A stretch of 64,000 bases of DNA. Source: Clostridia bacterium. GTDB taxonomy: Bacteria > Bacillota > Clostridia > JAAYHZ01. The DNA lies in the NCBI GenBank assembly GCA_050950825.1, contig JBMNIH010000002.1, forward strand, positions 416,001 through 480,000. The letters are read 5' to 3'. The notes beneath the pieces were generated by a model that was not told the DNA's origin, did no database searches, and was given only the letters and a program-made list of their open reading frames with translations. A program made the position numbers and the translations under genes. Positions 29,638-42,815 of the stretch are shown here, in pieces; the first letter of the stretch is position 1, and every line of letters starts with the position of its first letter.

Positions 29638-30360
29638 ATGAATCTACAGTCCGGCGAACCAAACGTAAAAATACTCCTTTACGGAGATTCCATTGCGAAA
29701 GGAATCGTGTTTGACGAAAGTTCAAATAAATATACGAAAGAAAAAGACTGCTTTTTTAATATCTTGTCTTCCAAATTAAAGGCAACGATCGAAAACGTTT
29801 CAAAGTTCGGAAATACATTAATACGTGCCAATCGAAAATTCGACGAAGAGCTTGCCAAAATCAAACCGGACATGACCATGATTGAATTCGGCGGAAACGA
29901 TTGCGATTTCGATTGGGACAAGGTAGCACAAGACCCGAAGGCTCCCCATTTACCCCATACTCCTCCGGAAGAGTTTGAATCCCTCTTGTCAAACTTTATA
30001 TTACGCATGCAAAAGCAGAACATAATGCCTCTTCTTCTTACCATGCCTCCTATCGACCCTTTTCGCTACTTTAAGTGGATATGCAAAGGGAAATCCTCAT
30101 ACGAAGAAAACATTTTGACCTTTTTGGGCTCGGAACATACCATATACCGCTGGCATGAAAAATACAATTTGATGATTTTGGAACAAGCGTCCTTACACCG
30201 CGTTCCTGTTGTGGATATTCGAAAAGCTTTTTTGTCGCACTTGGATATTCAAAATTATTTATGCCAAGACGGTATACATCCGAACGGCAAAGGCCATAAG
30301 CTCATTGCCGATACGGTATTCCGGTTTATGAAATCTCGTTTTCCCCAATTGGTTTTATAA
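29638..30360 (+). CDS. SGNH/GDSL hydrolase
   Basis: GDSI, FGGND, DGIHP catalytic blocks. Confidence 0.9.
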   Translation: MNLQSGEPNVKILLYGDSIAKGIVFDESSNKYTKEKDCFFNILSSKLKATIENVSKFGNTLIRANRKFDEELAKIKPDMTMIEFGGNDCDFDWDKVAQDPKAPHLPHTPPEEFESLLSNFILRMQKQNIMPLLLTMPPIDPFRYFKWICKGKSSYEENILTFLGSEHTIYRWHEKYNLMILEQASLHRVPVVDIRKAFLSHLDIQNYLCQDGIHPNGKGHKLIADTVFRFMKSRFPQLVL

Positions 30361-30431
30361 CGGATCCTTGTAAAATCGTGTTATATATTCTCATAATTGG
30401 AACATAATATCATTTGAAGGAGGTGTGGAAA

Positions 30432-30605
30432 ATGGCAAGAATCTTTCGCAGCGATTCGCGAATTATCTGCGATGTATACGAATGCCAATACTGTTCACCG
30501 GAAAACCGGTGTACGGCAAAAAGGATCCATGTAAAGCCTAGAAATTCTTTGACAAGAGACGATAATGATTGTGTAACCTTTACGCCGAGAAATATACGGA
30601 TATAA
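30432..30605 (+). CDS. DUF1540 small Cys-rich protein
   Basis: IICDVYECQY...CTAKRIHV...CVTF pattern; GGAGGTG RBS before ATG 30432. Confidence 0.8.
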   Translation: MARIFRSDSRIICDVYECQYCSPENRCTAKRIHVKPRNSLTRDDNDCVTFTPRNIRI

Positions 30606-30697
30606 AAGCAAAAAAATTAATTTTCACTACGGTTCGGCTTGTGATATAATACTTTTTTAAAAAGTACAAAAAAAAGGCTGGCAGTGAAGAAAAGAAT

Positions 30698-32275
30698 ATG
30701 ATCAATAACGAAGTAAATAGAAGAAGAACATTCGCCATTATATCGCATCCGGACGCAGGAAAAACCACATTAACAGAAAAACTGCTGCTGTACGGAGGCG
30801 CCATACGTATGGCGGGTTCGGTAAAGGCTCGAAAAGCGGCAAAATATGCCGTATCCGATTGGATGGAAATCGAAAGACAAAGAGGTATATCCGTAACCTC
30901 CAGTGTGATGCAGTTTCAATACGACAATTTCTGCATCAATATTTTGGATACACCGGGTCACCAGGATTTCAGCGAAGACACATATCGTACCTTAATGGCG
31001 GCGGACAGCGCCGTTATGTTGATTGACGGCGCCAAAGGGGTGGAACCTCAAACCATCAAGCTGTTTCATGTTTGCAGAATGAGAGGAATTCCCATTTTCA
31101 CCTTTATCAATAAATTGGACCGTGCCATCAAAGACCCCTTTGAGTTGATGGACGAGTTGGAAGAGGTTTTGGGCATTCATTCCTACCCCATCAATTGGCC
31201 CATCGGTACGGACGGGGACTTCAAAGGCATTTACGACCGCTCCTCCGGTCAAATATTGTTATTTGAAGGCGGTCAGCACGGGCAAACCTTTGTAAAATCC
31301 GTATCCGGAAGCTTGGATGATCCCATTTTCAAAGAAACCTTAGGCGATTATTATTACAACCGTTTGTGCGAAGAGCTGGAGCTTTTGGACGGTGCAGGGG
31401 AAAATTTCAGTTTGGAAGCCGTATTAAAGGGGCAATTGACACCCGTATACTTCGGCAGTGCCATGACCAATTTCGGGGTAAAGCCTTTTCTTGAAAGCTT
31501 TTTGGAAATGGCTCCTCCTCCCTCGGACCGAAAAGCCGGGGATACGGTTATCAAGGCCACGGACGAGTTTTTCTCCGCTTTTATATTCAAAATCCAAGCG
31601 AATATGAATCCCGCCCACCGAGACCGATTGGCATTTGCACGAATTTGCTCCGGGAAATTTATAAAAGGCATGAACGTATATCATGTACAAGGAAAGAAAG
31701 AAATCAAGCTCGCCCAACCGCAGCAGTTGATGGCACAGGATCGGGTTACGGTGGAGGAAGCTTTTGCGGGAGATATTATCGGGCTTTTTGACCCGGGCAT
31801 CTTCAATATCGGGGATACGCTGACGACCGGGGACAAAAACATTGCATTCGACCCCATACCCATGTTCCCTTCGGAAATTTTCTGCAAGGTTGCAGCCAAA
31901 GACTCCATGAAAAGAAAGCAATTTATCAAGGGCATGAACCAGCTTTCCGAAGAAGGTACCGTACAGATATTCAAAAAGATCGATATCGGTATCGAAGAGC
32001 TGATTGTAGGAGCCGTAGGAAGCTTGCAATTCGACGTGTTGGAGTTTCGTCTTCTGAACGAATACGGGGTTCAAATCCTTCGGACGACCCTGCCCTATCG
32101 TTATTTGCGCTGGATCAAAAAGCTTCCGGTGGAGTACGATCGCTTGAATTTGCCGGGCAGCGCCATGGTAGCTCGCGATCTTGAAGAGCGTTTGGTGATT
32201 CTGTTCGAAAACGAGTGGTCCATCAATTGGGCTTTAGAGAAAAACAAAGGCTTGGAATTGACGGATATGATTTAA
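30698..32275 (+). CDS. prfC: Peptide chain release factor 3
   Basis: RRTFAIISHPDAGKTT, DTPGHQDFSEDTYR, INKLD. Confidence 0.97.
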   Translation: MINNEVNRRRTFAIISHPDAGKTTLTEKLLLYGGAIRMAGSVKARKAAKYAVSDWMEIERQRGISVTSSVMQFQYDNFCINILDTPGHQDFSEDTYRTLMAADSAVMLIDGAKGVEPQTIKLFHVCRMRGIPIFTFINKLDRAIKDPFELMDELEEVLGIHSYPINWPIGTDGDFKGIYDRSSGQILLFEGGQHGQTFVKSVSGSLDDPIFKETLGDYYYNRLCEELELLDGAGENFSLEAVLKGQLTPVYFGSAMTNFGVKPFLESFLEMAPPPSDRKAGDTVIKATDEFFSAFIFKIQANMNPAHRDRLAFARICSGKFIKGMNVYHVQGKKEIKLAQPQQLMAQDRVTVEEAFAGDIIGLFDPGIFNIGDTLTTGDKNIAFDPIPMFPSEIFCKVAAKDSMKRKQFIKGMNQLSEEGTVQIFKKIDIGIEELIVGAVGSLQFDVLEFRLLNEYGVQILRTTLPYRYLRWIKKLPVEYDRLNLPGSAMVARDLEERLVILFENEWSINWALEKNKGLELTDMI

Positions 32276-32281
32276 GAACTT

Positions 32282-32310
32282 AAAAAAGGTCCCGCTGCAG
32301 GGACCTTTTT
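32282..32310. terminator. Bidirectional intrinsic terminator
   Basis: AAAAAAGGTCCC-GCTGCA-GGGACCTTTTT between convergent genes. Confidence 0.8.
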
Positions 32311-32321
32311 CATTTATCAAT

Positions 32322-33926
32322 CTATTTCTTTTTCTTTATTTTAACCGTACAATCCTTTTCCCGGGTTATATCGATATTCAAAACCGCCGCCCAGTAGCCT
32401 TCCGGACTTCTTCCTTCCTTTTCATAGGGATTGAAGGGTTCTACCGGCCATTGCAAGGAAAAACCGGTATTGGCAAAGGCAATATCGTAGCCTTTAAAGC
32501 TTACGGTATATCCTCCGTCTTTGTTTGCTACGGAGAAATCGTTTTCCTTCGGAATGACGGAAAACTTCAAAGGCAGTCCGATTTGGACTTGGTCCGGAGC
32601 CCGGTCCGCTTTGTATCCGAAGCTTAAAACGACTTCCTCTTCGGTTATGCTTTTGACCTTCACAAAGCAGCAGACATCCTCGTAAGACATGACAATGCTT
32701 TTGTTTTCCGGATCCTTCGATCCTTTATCGGGAACATACAAGACACGGTCCTTCTTTTGAATGAAGAAGGTGCCCCATCGAGGATTGTACTTGTTGTTGC
32801 CTCCTCCGATCAGCAAGCCTTTGTCTTGATGCCATACGCTTACAAGAAGCTGGCGATCCATGCCCCAACGGCTATCCGTTATCGGTGCCGTATAGGAGCT
32901 TAAATTGACTTGCCATCCGTCTTTTCGGAAAATTTGGACGTTTCCGTGGCTGAGATTCAATTCTTCTTTTATTACGTATTCTTTTTCGCTTAAGCTCGAT
33001 TCCGGCAGCCGTTCCAAATAACGGAGCAAGTTGACACACTGGGTGCTTAAGGATTGGTTTTTTCGAATGACTTGGTCCAGCATAAAGTCGATATAGCTTA
33101 AGCCACCTTCCAATTCCAAGTAACCGATTAAGTCCCCGGTACGAATGTTTCCGTCGTATTTGACGCGTCCGTCCGCCGTTTCCGCCAAAGTACCGTCCGG
33201 ATATACCGATACCTGCTGGAATTTGAAGGATCTTTCCAATGCCTGTGTTACGTCCACCGTTCCGCCGTAGAACTTATATACCCCCAATGCGTAGATATAG
33301 ACGGAGTTATAGGACAAGGTGGGTCCTTGATGCTCCGGCCAAAAACCGTCCGGATGCTGGCATTCGATGGTTTTTTCCATCATTCTGTTGGCTATTTCTT
33401 TGTAGTCTTCTCGGTTAAACAAGCAACCGGCCCGATAGGTAGCGGCGGCATTCCATACAGGAATATTGTGGATGTGCATAGACTGAAGTTCTTTACTAAT
33501 TCCGTCGTATGCCAGCTTTAATCCTTCCTCCCAATTCTTTCGGGTTTCTTGATCCAAGTGATCTTTCATCAAATCATAGGCTTGAAGCCAATGGAACATG
33601 GACCACGGCATGTAAATGTAGCCCCATTCCGAACCGTCGGTTTTTACGAACAATACTTGTCCGTCTTCACGTTGTGCAGCCCTTAAAGCGTTTCCTCCCG
33701 CTTTTATGATTTCGAAAGCCTTCGGGTCGTTATAATACGGATTTCCTTCAAAATCATGAAGATAAAGATAGGAAAGTAGAAAGATGTTGTCTTGATTGGT
33801 TACCGCCCAACCGCCGTTTGATTCCAAAAATTTTCCGGTTTTCGGATCGAACTTGACAATCCACCGGTCGCATCCTTGTACCAACAGCTTTCTGATTTTG
33901 TCAGCAACAACCGTTTTCAAAGCCAT
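32322..33926 (-). CDS. Hypothetical protein, possible (alpha/alpha) toroid lyase/hydrolase-like
   Basis: 534 aa; HNIPVWNA and QHPDGFWPEHQGPTLSYN motifs; beta-rich C-terminus. Confidence 0.55.
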   Translation of the reverse strand: MALKTVVADKIRKLLVQGCDRWIVKFDPKTGKFLESNGGWAVTNQDNIFLLSYLYLHDFEGNPYYNDPKAFEIIKAGGNALRAAQREDGQVLFVKTDGSEWGYIYMPWSMFHWLQAYDLMKDHLDQETRKNWEEGLKLAYDGISKELQSMHIHNIPVWNAAATYRAGCLFNREDYKEIANRMMEKTIECQHPDGFWPEHQGPTLSYNSVYIYALGVYKFYGGTVDVTQALERSFKFQQVSVYPDGTLAETADGRVKYDGNIRTGDLIGYLELEGGLSYIDFMLDQVIRKNQSLSTQCVNLLRYLERLPESSLSEKEYVIKEELNLSHGNVQIFRKDGWQVNLSSYTAPITDSRWGMDRQLLVSVWHQDKGLLIGGGNNKYNPRWGTFFIQKKDRVLYVPDKGSKDPENKSIVMSYEDVCCFVKVKSITEEEVVLSFGYKADRAPDQVQIGLPLKFSVIPKENDFSVANKDGGYTVSFKGYDIAFANTGFSLQWPVEPFNPYEKEGRSPEGYWAAVLNIDITREKDCTVKIKKKK

Positions 33927-33980
33927 GTATAATCCTCCCCAAAATTATATACTCACCGGATTTTTCAACCCGGGAAAAAC

Positions 33981-35417
33981 TTAATCCAAGCGTGCATTGA
34001 TTTCGTTGATGCGAGTGATTATCGATTCTCTTAAAGGACTCTCCGGAAAATGATCTCTTACATAGATAAAGATCTCTTTTGCCTTTTGGTATTCTTCTTG
34101 GAATTGGTATGCACGCCCCGTGTAGTAGTAAGCATAATCGATATATTGGTAATCCGAATATTTTTGGGCGATAACATCGAAAAACGGGATGCAGCTTGCG
34201 TAATCTCCTGTTTCATAAATGCAACGTCCTGCACGGTAGTAAAAATCCGCCGTGTATTCGCATTCATACTCGGTTTCGATACCCCGTTCAAAAAATCCCA
34301 GGGCTTCTTCATAGCGCCCGTTGTTGTAGGAGTTCATCCCTTGTTCATATAAATATGTACAAAGTCCGAAATAGGCTTCATCGTAAAGAGCATCATATAT
34401 GCTTTTATTCTCTTGGTTTAAGGTTCCCGCCGCTATGCCTTTTAATGCATCCGTGGCGGCGGTGTATTCGTTATTATCTATCATGGAACGGATTTGGCTA
34501 AGCTGTCCTTTCATAACATGGTTCTGCCATTCTTCTTCCAAAGTGCGCAGCTTTCCTTCCATTTCCGTCTTTTCTCGATTTAAGTCGGCAATAATCTTTT
34601 CCTTGTCTTCAATGTCTTTTTCCAAACGGTCCTCTTTTTGCTGATATTCTTGGATTTGCCGCTGGTATGAAAGTATGCTTTCTTGCGCTTCTTCCACTTT
34701 TTTATCGCTTTTGCCGCTTCCGACAAGATAACCGATTACGCTTCCGATAGCTAAGAAGATCATCAATAGAAAGGCGATACCGGCCACCCTCGTACCGTTA
34801 CCGGGCTCGGAGGGCGTGATTCTTCTTTCTTCAATTTTTCTTTGAATTCGCTCGGAAATGTCCTTGGTCATGTCATGCTGATTCCTTTTGAAAGCTTCGT
34901 CTTCCTTGCCGACAGCCGCAGGCTTCGATTCTTTTTCGGGCGGACGCTTCGAATTTTTGGAGCTTTGATTCTGTTGAGGTTTCGTTTTCTTTTCCGGTTT
35001 TGCTTTTTGAACGATCTTCTGTTTATCGGTACTGACAACGTGAGGACCTACGACTTTTTGAAGGGAAAGCTTTTTCTTCGTACTTTTCTTGCTTGGATTC
35101 GAAAAAAGCCGGTTCATGTAGTACCTCGCCTGCTCGTTCTTGGGATCGATAGACAAAAGAGCCTTTAACACGCTTTTCGCTTCCGATACTTCCTTGTTCT
35201 TATATAAGCTGAGGGCGAGCAAAAGATAGGCTTGCGGAACAAACTCGTCGGATGCAACGGCCTTTTTTAACAGTATAATCGCCATATCATCGCTGCCTTG
35301 TTTTAGCTTCTCTAACGCTTGGTTATAAAACAAATAAGGAGAATCGTAGGAGCCTCCCCCCGGTACCGTCTCGGGGGAAAATTCTTCAAACAGATCAATA
35401 TCGTTTCTTTTTTCCAT
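33981..35417 (-). CDS. TPR / TM / coiled-coil / TPR membrane protein
   Basis: N-terminal TPRs, one TM, coiled coil, C-terminal TPRs (AYYYTGRAY...FPES). Confidence 0.75.
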   Translation of the reverse strand: MEKRNDIDLFEEFSPETVPGGGSYDSPYLFYNQALEKLKQGSDDMAIILLKKAVASDEFVPQAYLLLALSLYKNKEVSEAKSVLKALLSIDPKNEQARYYMNRLFSNPSKKSTKKKLSLQKVVGPHVVSTDKQKIVQKAKPEKKTKPQQNQSSKNSKRPPEKESKPAAVGKEDEAFKRNQHDMTKDISERIQRKIEERRITPSEPGNGTRVAGIAFLLMIFLAIGSVIGYLVGSGKSDKKVEEAQESILSYQRQIQEYQQKEDRLEKDIEDKEKIIADLNREKTEMEGKLRTLEEEWQNHVMKGQLSQIRSMIDNNEYTAATDALKGIAAGTLNQENKSIYDALYDEAYFGLCTYLYEQGMNSYNNGRYEEALGFFERGIETEYECEYTADFYYRAGRCIYETGDYASCIPFFDVIAQKYSDYQYIDYAYYYTGRAYQFQEEYQKAKEIFIYVRDHFPESPLRESIITRINEINARLD

Positions 35418-35457
35418 TGCACACCCGGCTTACAAGTCGGTAAACCAAAGCCGGTTT

Positions 35458-36753
35458 TCACCGCCCTTCTTTGTATATATCGATGATTTCCTTTCTCGCC
35501 TCGTCTAAAAAAGTCAAAGACCCGAATACAATTACCAAATCATGATCGGATACATAGTTTTTGCAAAACCTCATCGCATCTTTTATTGTATCATGGGGAA
35601 ATACCTGTTTACAATAATTCTTTACCGTTTCTCCCAAATCTTGTGCCGTTAACCCTCTTTCTCCTTTTGTTGACACGGTAATCACGGCTTTTGCATCGGA
35701 AAACAAAATCTCGGATACGGCTTGGTAATCCTTGTCAATTAAAGAACCGTAAATATAGACGGGACGGATGCCGGGAAAGTGCTTGTCGACCATATCCTTC
35801 AAGGCTTGAGCGCACTGGGGATTATGACCTGCATCCACCATATACATGGGCTTTTCCCGTACAATTTCGGCTCGAGCTTGCCATTTGGCATTCATAAAGC
35901 CCTTTCGTATGCTATCCTCCGAGATGACAACCCCTTGCCGGATCAAGCACCGACACGCCGTCAAAGCTACGGAAGCGTTTTTCAGCTGATGCTCCCCTAA
36001 CAAAGAAATGCGAAGTCCTTTAAAAGATCCCTTGTTAAAGGTGTATCCCGAAAGAGAGGATTCGGTAACTTCAATGTCGTCAAAATCGGCGATGTATAAA
36101 TTCGCTTGCCGCTCCCGACATACCTTCCGAATAACCTCCTCCACTTCGTCCGTTTGCCGATACAGCACCACATCGATGCCGTTTTTGATGATCCCGGCTT
36201 TTTCAAAAGCGATTTGCGAAAGGGTATTTCCCAATATGGCGGTATGGTCGTATCCGATGTTGGTTATGACGGCACAAAGAGTCGTTTTTACGATATTGGT
36301 AGCGTCCAGTCTTCCTCCTAAACCGGTTTCCCATACCACGTAATCGCATTTTTCTTTTTGAAAATACAAAAGGGCAACGGCGGTTACCAGTTCAAATATC
36401 GTAGGAGAACGCTTCCCTTCCGCAATAATCTCGTCCGCCTTCTCCTTTACCTTTTCCGTCGCTTTTGCAAGCTCCTCATCCGGAATGTATTGTCGATTAA
36501 TCTGTATTCTTTCGTTAAAAACATCCACATAAGGAGATATATACAACCCCGTCTTATACCCTTGGGCTTGCAAAATGGAAGCGATAAATGCACAGGTGGA
36601 CCCTTTGCCGTTGGTTCCGGCTACATGGATGAATTTTAAATCGTCCTGAGGGTTTCCCAGCTTTTCCATTAAAAGCCCGATGATTTCAAGTCCGGGCTTG
36701 CTTCCGAATCGCGAAGTACCGTTAATATATTCCAATGCCTGTTGTACGTTCAT
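35458..36753 (-). CDS. folC: Folylpolyglutamate synthase/dihydrofolate synthase
   Basis: HVAGTNGKGST, ETGLGGRLDATN, EKAGIIK. Confidence 0.95.
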   Translation of the reverse strand: MNVQQALEYINGTSRFGSKPGLEIIGLLMEKLGNPQDDLKFIHVAGTNGKGSTCAFIASILQAQGYKTGLYISPYVDVFNERIQINRQYIPDEELAKATEKVKEKADEIIAEGKRSPTIFELVTAVALLYFQKEKCDYVVWETGLGGRLDATNIVKTTLCAVITNIGYDHTAILGNTLSQIAFEKAGIIKNGIDVVLYRQTDEVEEVIRKVCRERQANLYIADFDDIEVTESSLSGYTFNKGSFKGLRISLLGEHQLKNASVALTACRCLIRQGVVISEDSIRKGFMNAKWQARAEIVREKPMYMVDAGHNPQCAQALKDMVDKHFPGIRPVYIYGSLIDKDYQAVSEILFSDAKAVITVSTKGERGLTAQDLGETVKNYCKQVFPHDTIKDAMRFCKNYVSDHDLVIVFGSLTFLDEARKEIIDIYKEGR

Positions 36754-36756
36754 AAA

Positions 36757-39489
<2,733 letters not shown>

Positions 39490-39506
39490 TTCTCACTCCT
39501 TGTTTG

Positions 39507-39800
39507 TCATTCGAGATTCGATAATCTTTGTAAAACGATCATGTAGCCGTCGGCGCCGTAGTTAAGGCTGCGGCTCACCCGGCTGATGGTGGCCGGGGAT
39601 GCTCCCGTTTTTTCCGTTATCTCGGAATATTTATAATTTTTATACAGCATAATGGCAACCTGCAATCTTTGCGCCATGGCCTTAATTTCGGATACGGTGC
39701 AGATATCTTGGAAAAAAGCATAGCACTCGTCGACGGTTTTCAATTGCAAAATTCCTTCAAACAACTTGTCGGTCTCACGATCTCTGATTTTTGAATTCAT
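39507..39800 (-). CDS. YerC/YecD TrpR-related protein
   Basis: FFQDICTVSEI..MAQRLQVA and TGASPATISRV. Confidence 0.9.
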   Translation of the reverse strand: MNSKIRDRETDKLFEGILQLKTVDECYAFFQDICTVSEIKAMAQRLQVAIMLYKNYKYSEITEKTGASPATISRVSRSLNYGADGYMIVLQRLSNLE

Positions 39801-40506
39801 AAGCCACGCCCCACATATTTCCAATGTATTTTTTCAAAGGAAGGATTTTGTCCTTCATTTCTTCCAAAAACTTTCGGACCATAGGATCATCTTCTTTCTC
39901 TGCCGCGGACAATAGATCTTCCGCAATGCAATGAAAGGAAACGGGAATGCCTAATTCAATTGCTGCTTTTTGGATGATTCCGTTGCCTTCCATTATATCA
40001 TCAAATGCCGTATAATGCATTAAATTCGTATTATTTACAAGACCGGTTACTTTCACTCCGGAAACCGATTGAATCTCGTTCACGTAGCGGATGATACCTT
40101 CCGGGTCCGATGTCATGGGACGCTTTACGTTGACGACAAAGTAATGCCTGAAATCCTCCCGAAGGATCTTCTTTTTGTATGTGGCTACCGCCCTTGCGCC
40201 TAAATCGTCACCTCCGATATCGAGAACGGCAACGCTGTCTTTGTCTTCGAAGACTTTGTTGATCTCTGCCGGAAGAGCCGGCACATCGGTATTGGTGTTG
40301 GCGTAAACGGGCGCAATCACGGTGATGCCAAGCTCCTCCAGATACGTTTTGGCATCCGCCGAACGAAAATAGGGATTCACAATATCCATATCCGCCAAAT
40401 AGGTCTTGTATCCTTTGTTGAACAGAGCAACGGCCGTATTTAAAGCCGTTTCGGTTTTTCCGGAACCGAAGTGTCCCGTAAATATGTTAATTCTTCCGAA
40501 ATTCAT
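39775..40506 (-). CDS. P-loop (MinD/ParA-like) nucleotide-binding protein
   Basis: GHFGSGKTE, DMDIVNPYFRS, DIGGDDLGAR. Confidence 0.8.
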   Translation of the reverse strand: MNFGRINIFTGHFGSGKTETALNTAVALFNKGYKTYLADMDIVNPYFRSADAKTYLEELGITVIAPVYANTNTDVPALPAEINKVFEDKDSVAVLDIGGDDLGARAVATYKKKILREDFRHYFVVNVKRPMTSDPEGIIRYVNEIQSVSGVKVTGLVNNTNLMHYTAFDDIMEGNGIIQKAAIELGIPVSFHCIAEDLLSAAEKEDDPMVRKFLEEMKDKILPLKKYIGNMWGVAYEFKNQRS

Positions 40507-40528
40507 ATCTTCCCTCTTGCAAATTTTC

Positions 40529-41227
40529 TCATTGGATTCCGCACAAGTCCCGAATCACTTCTCCGGCTAACATGTATCCCGCAACAGGAGGTACGAAGGA
40601 GATGCTTGCCGGAGGCCTTTTCCCGGGGCTTGGATTGGGATCGGTTTTCGGCTCTTCTTTCGAATAGAGGACCTTCACTTTTTGAATGTTTCTGCTTCTC
40701 AGCTCTTTTCGAACCGTCTTCGCCAAAGGGCATACGCCGGTTTTCTCGATAAAGTCAATAAACAAGGCGTCCGTTCTTATCTTGTTTCCCATTCCCATGC
40801 AGCTGATGATTCGAATATCGTTCTTTTTGCAGGTTTCGATGATATGCAGCTTTGCCGTCACGTTGTCGATGGCATCCACCACGTAATCGCAGTCCATGAT
40901 GTAATCCAAAGAATCCTCTTTCGTAACGAAAACCGCTAAGGCTTCCACTGTCGCGTCCGGATTGATGTCTAAAATCCGCTCCTTCATTACCTCCACTTTC
41001 TTTTTTCCTAAAGTGGAATGAAGAGCCACAAGCTGCCTGTTGATATTGGATTTCACCACCGAATCGGAGTCGACAATTACCAATTTCCCGATTCCGCCTC
41101 TTGCCAAGGCTTCGATGCAGTGGGATCCGACGCCTCCGACGCCGAACACACAAACCTTGCTGTTTTTCAATTTATTTAAAGCTTCGGTTCCGATGAGTCT
41201 TTCGGTTCTTTCGAAAATATGTTCCAT
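40529..41227 (-). CDS. tcdA: tRNA threonylcarbamoyladenosine dehydratase (ThiF family)
   Basis: GVGGVGS, SNINRQ, DAID, CPLAK, SISFVPPVAG. Confidence 0.88.
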   Translation of the reverse strand: MEHIFERTERLIGTEALNKLKNSKVCVFGVGGVGSHCIEALARGGIGKLVIVDSDSVVKSNINRQLVALHSTLGKKKVEVMKERILDINPDATVEALAVFVTKEDSLDYIMDCDYVVDAIDNVTAKLHIIETCKKNDIRIISCMGMGNKIRTDALFIDFIEKTGVCPLAKTVRKELRSRNIQKVKVLYSKEEPKTDPNPSPGKRPPASISFVPPVAGYMLAGEVIRDLCGIQ

Positions 41228-41233
41228 ACCCCT

Positions 41234-42247
41234 CTACCCCTTTTGCCTTTCCTTAATGGTTTCCAACGCGATTTTAAAATATTCCGGCATATCCGTATGA
41301 AACTCCATGTACTTTCCTGTTCTCGGGTGAGCAAAGCCCAACGTTTTTGCATGAAGGATTTGCCCCGGGCCTATATTCAGATTGTCCTTCCCTCCGCCGT
41401 ATACCGGATCTCCCGCTATGGGATGACCGATATAGGCCATGTGGACGCGGATTTGGTGGGTTCGTCCGGTTTCCAGCTCCGCTTCGAAAACCGTAAAGGA
41501 ATCAAAACGTTCAACGGCCCGAAAACGCGTTACGGCTTCCTTGCCCCCGCTTGCCAAAACCGCCATTTTTTTGCGATCCGTAGGATGTCTTCCGATGTTG
41601 GTTTTGATGACGCCCTTGTCCGCAGGCAAAACGCCTTTGCATATACCGATGTATTCTCTTTTTATATCATGAACTTTAAAAAGCTTCGCCAAATTTTGAT
41701 GAGCGGCATTGTTTCTTGCCACTACCAACAGTCCGGAGGTGTCCTTGTCGATTCGGTGGACGATTCCGGGTCTTAAAACACCGTTGATGTCCGACAGCTT
41801 GTCTTTGTATTTAAACATCAACGCATTGACCAACGTTCGGTCTCGGTTGCCGGGTGCAGGATGAACCGTCATTCCGCGCGGCTTGTCCACGATGATAATG
41901 TCCTCGTCCTCGTAAACCACATTCACGGGAATGTCTTGGGGTTCTACGGTAAGAAGCTCCGGTTCTTCCATTAAAACCGTTACGATTCGGCCTTTTTTTA
42001 GGGATAAGCCGGCCTTTTTGGCAACCTCCCCGTCGACCCGAACCTTTCCCTCCGTTATCAATTTTTTGATATAGGAGCGGGAGTATTCGGTTATGCAAGA
42101 CGCTAAAAATACATCCAAGCGAACGGAATCCTCCGTACACTCGATATCAAGTATTTCCGCCTGCTCCGGGTCCCGCCCGGTTTCGTCGATATCCGGATCT
42201 TCTATATTTTTATCGAAAAAATCGTCTTTTTCCGAATAGATTTTCAT
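41234..42247 (-). CDS. RluA/RluD-family pseudouridine synthase
   Basis: S4 domain, HRIDKDTSG, GRTHQIRVH; follows lspA. Confidence 0.93.
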   Translation of the reverse strand: MKIYSEKDDFFDKNIEDPDIDETGRDPEQAEILDIECTEDSVRLDVFLASCITEYSRSYIKKLITEGKVRVDGEVAKKAGLSLKKGRIVTVLMEEPELLTVEPQDIPVNVVYEDEDIIIVDKPRGMTVHPAPGNRDRTLVNALMFKYKDKLSDINGVLRPGIVHRIDKDTSGLLVVARNNAAHQNLAKLFKVHDIKREYIGICKGVLPADKGVIKTNIGRHPTDRKKMAVLASGGKEAVTRFRAVERFDSFTVFEAELETGRTHQIRVHMAYIGHPIAGDPVYGGGKDNLNIGPGQILHAKTLGFAHPRTGKYMEFHTDMPEYFKIALETIKERQKG

Positions 42248-42762
42248 AATCCTTCCTTTCCTTTTTTACCCTTACCCGTATTCATGAACGCAAAATCTTC
42301 GTCGTTATAAAAAAAGAACATATAAACCAAAAGAAGAACGCTTCCGATTACGATGGCGCTATCCGCTATGTTAAACACCGGAAAACCGTATCCCCAGTAA
42401 AAGGTAGCGATAAAATCCGTGACCTTCCCCTGTACCAAACGATCGATCTGGTTTCCTACGGCGCCGCCTAAAATCAAGCAAGTAGCCCATTTTAAACATT
42501 TGTTATGAAACCTGGGGATGATAAAAACCAAAGCCAGAGCCATCAAACCGGAAAACACGGTCAAAAAGACGGTAGCGTTGGACAGCATCCCCCAAGCCGC
42601 ACCGGTATTGGTGTGGTAGGTGATGTACAAAAAGTTTCGGATGACGGGGATTTTCTCTCCGTATTCCAAATTGCTTTTGATCACCAGCTTTGTGATTTGA
42701 TCCAAGGCAATCACAATAACCGAAATCATGTACCAAATCATGTTTTTCTCCTTATTCTTCAT
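42244..42762 (-). CDS. lspA: Lipoprotein signal peptidase II
   Basis: DQITK, NTGAAWG, GNQIDR, VFNIAD; exact start uncertain. Confidence 0.92.
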   Translation of the reverse strand: MKNKEKNMIWYMISVIVIALDQITKLVIKSNLEYGEKIPVIRNFLYITYHTNTGAAWGMLSNATVFLTVFSGLMALALVFIIPRFHNKCLKWATCLILGGAVGNQIDRLVQGKVTDFIATFYWGYGFPVFNIADSAIVIGSVLLLVYMFFFYNDEDFAFMNTGKGKKGKEGL

Positions 42763-42815
42763 TATGTCTACCCGTAATCCTCCGTATACATTATATACCA
42801 TCTTTAATCGACAAA

